This document shows positions 6,949 through 8,513 of a DNA stretch of 8,513 bases, piece by piece. Location: positions 1 to 8,513 of the forward strand of contig NW_021828342.1 of assembly GCF_006345805.1 (NCBI RefSeq). Reading direction: 5' to 3'. The first letter of the stretch is position 1. Every line of letters starts with the position of its first letter. The position numbers were made by a program, and so were the translations under genes. This DNA is from Octopus sinensis (Eukaryota). The notes under the pieces were generated by a model. The model did not search any database. It had not been told where the DNA came from and saw only the letters and a program-made list of their open reading frames with translations.

Positions 6949-6950
6949 TA

Positions 6951-7075
6951 CGTTTTGAGTTAAAATTCCGCCGAGGTTGACATTGCCTTTCATCTATTTC
7001 AGGGTCGATAAAATAAGTACCAGCTGTGATCAACTTACCCCTACGCCACCCCCGAAATTGCCGGCCTTGTGCTAT
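6951..7075 (+). mobile_element. SINE family B fragment
   Basis: GAGTTAAAATTCCGCCGAGGTTGAC...GGTCGATAAAATAAGTACCAG plus tail type Y. Confidence 0.85.
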
Positions 7076-7202
7076 AATTTAAAACTAATATATGAACAGA
7101 AACTGACTCGCATAAAGGGTCTCTCCACTCATCTAAATTGCTGCAACTGTTTTTGCACCAGGCTTTGGGAAACTCAAAAATTCAAACAAAAGGTACAAAT
7201 AT

Positions 7203-7519
7203 CCACACACACACACACATACACACACACACAAAGGCACACACACGCACGCACACGCACACACACGCACACACGCACACACACACACACACACGCACAC
7301 ACACACATACATACACACACGCACACAATCACACACACGAACACACGCACGTACACAAGCAAGCCAACACGCACACACACGTACGTACACACCCACCAAC
7401 ACATACACACACAAACATATACACTCGCACACACAGACATACACACTCGCACACACACGCACACACATACACACACGCAGACACACACGCGCACACACAC
7501 ACACACACTCATACACACG
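7203..7519. repeat. Long imperfect (CA)n microsatellite
   Basis: Direct reading; source of the His/Thr and Cys/Val ORFs. Confidence 0.97.
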
Positions 7520-7747
7520 TCAAGCTAAATCAGAAACTCTGCTCCCGAATTGTTTTGACAAATCATGTCATCAAAATGTAACAACATGGCGTCCTTGTTA
7601 AGATACGAGAATAGATTTTTCGGTGCAAAAACGGTTTGTTTGAAAATATGCCTCAAAATATGGCGACACGTCGGTAATGACGTCGTTGGGAGACGCAGAA
7701 CTTCCACTCGTTAATACGCAACAAGTGTTAGTCGCAATTAATGGTTT

Positions 7748-7806
7748 ACATACACACGTACGTACGACCACACACACACACACACACACATTTGTGTGTG
7801 CGAGTG

Positions 7807-7851
<45 letters not shown>

Positions 7852-7881
7852 ATATGTCTCTCTTTCTCATGTCTCTCTCTT

Positions 7882-7912
<31 letters not shown>

Positions 7913-8142
7913 TGTGTGTGTGTGTTTGTGTATATGTGATTGCGTGTATATGTGTGTGTATGTGTTTGATTGCGTGCATTTCGGGGTATTGTGCGTTAGC
8001 TTGCATGTATGTGTGTATGTGTGTGTGTTATTGCATGCATGAGTGTGTGTGTTTGTGTGTGATTGCTTGCATGTGGGTGTGTGACTGCGTGCATGTGTGT
8101 GTGTGTGTGACTGCGTGTATATGTGTGCGTGTGTGTGTGTGT
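7748..8142. repeat. Compound microsatellite (CA)n-(CTAT)n-(CT)n-(TA)n-(TG)n
   Basis: Direct reading. Confidence 0.95.
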
Positions 8143-8149
8143 AGTGGTT

Positions 8150-8285
8150 CTTGTTTTGGTACAAAGCCAGCAATTTCGAAAGGTGGGGAACTCAATTACT
8201 TATTTGATGCACCTCCGAAGAGAAGACGGCAAAGTCCACCGCGACGGAATTTGAACTTAGTACGTAATGATGAAAGAAACGCAGC
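8150..8285 (-). mobile_element. SINE family B, diverged fragment
   Basis: Reverse complement contains AAGTTCAAATTCCGTCGCGGTGGACTTTGCC and a tail type Y remnant. Confidence 0.75.
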
Positions 8286-8289
8286 CATA

Positions 8290-8513
8290 TTCCTTCATTC
8301 GTTTCAGTTATTTGACTGCGGCCATGCTGGAGCACCGTAAGCACATCAACGTAATCACGTCGACACCGATTGTCAAGCGGTGATGGGGGGGTGGGACAAA
8401 CACAGACACACACAGATGGATACATATACACATATATACGATAGGCTTCTTTCAGTTTCCGTCAACCAAATTCACTCACTATAGCAGAAGATATTTGCCC
8501 AAGGTACCACGCA
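8290..8513 (-). mobile_element. SINE family A with internal deletions, running off the window
   Basis: TTTCAGTTATTTGACTGCGGCCATGCTGGAGCACCG tail, body fragment, microsatellite spacer and head segment to GCCCAAGGTACCACGCA. Confidence 0.88.

Noticed and set aside
222-8431. ORF-track proteins rich in YI, CV, HT, YLSI or poly-Thr/Val
   Set aside because: They are translations of (TA)n, (CA)n, (CTAT)n and (ACC)n repeats or of SINE bodies; there is no domain content.

Overview
Eukaryotic non-coding DNA, almost fully tiled by microsatellites and transposon debris; no protein-coding gene can be supported. From recall of the repeat sequences (inference, not a database hit) it is most likely an Octopus (cephalopod) genome. 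It holds many copies of three tRNA-headed SINE families, labelled A, B and C here because I cannot map them to the published octopus names OK/OR1/OR2. It also holds a non-autonomous Helitron-like element, two internally deleted Tc1/mariner elements with transposase remnants, and fragments of LINE-type 3' tails. The supplied ORFs are mostly microsatellite artefacts. The best signal is a complete minimal type I hammerhead ribozyme motif on the minus strand (6664-6710). It sits at the 5' end of a ~210-nt structured element (6501-6710) with a 13-bp hairpin and a retroposon-like 3' end, and a second 5'-truncated copy lies at 5788-5839. This is a candidate ribozyme-bearing non-autonomous retroelement. 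Coordinates were counted by eye and SINE boundaries are approximate.
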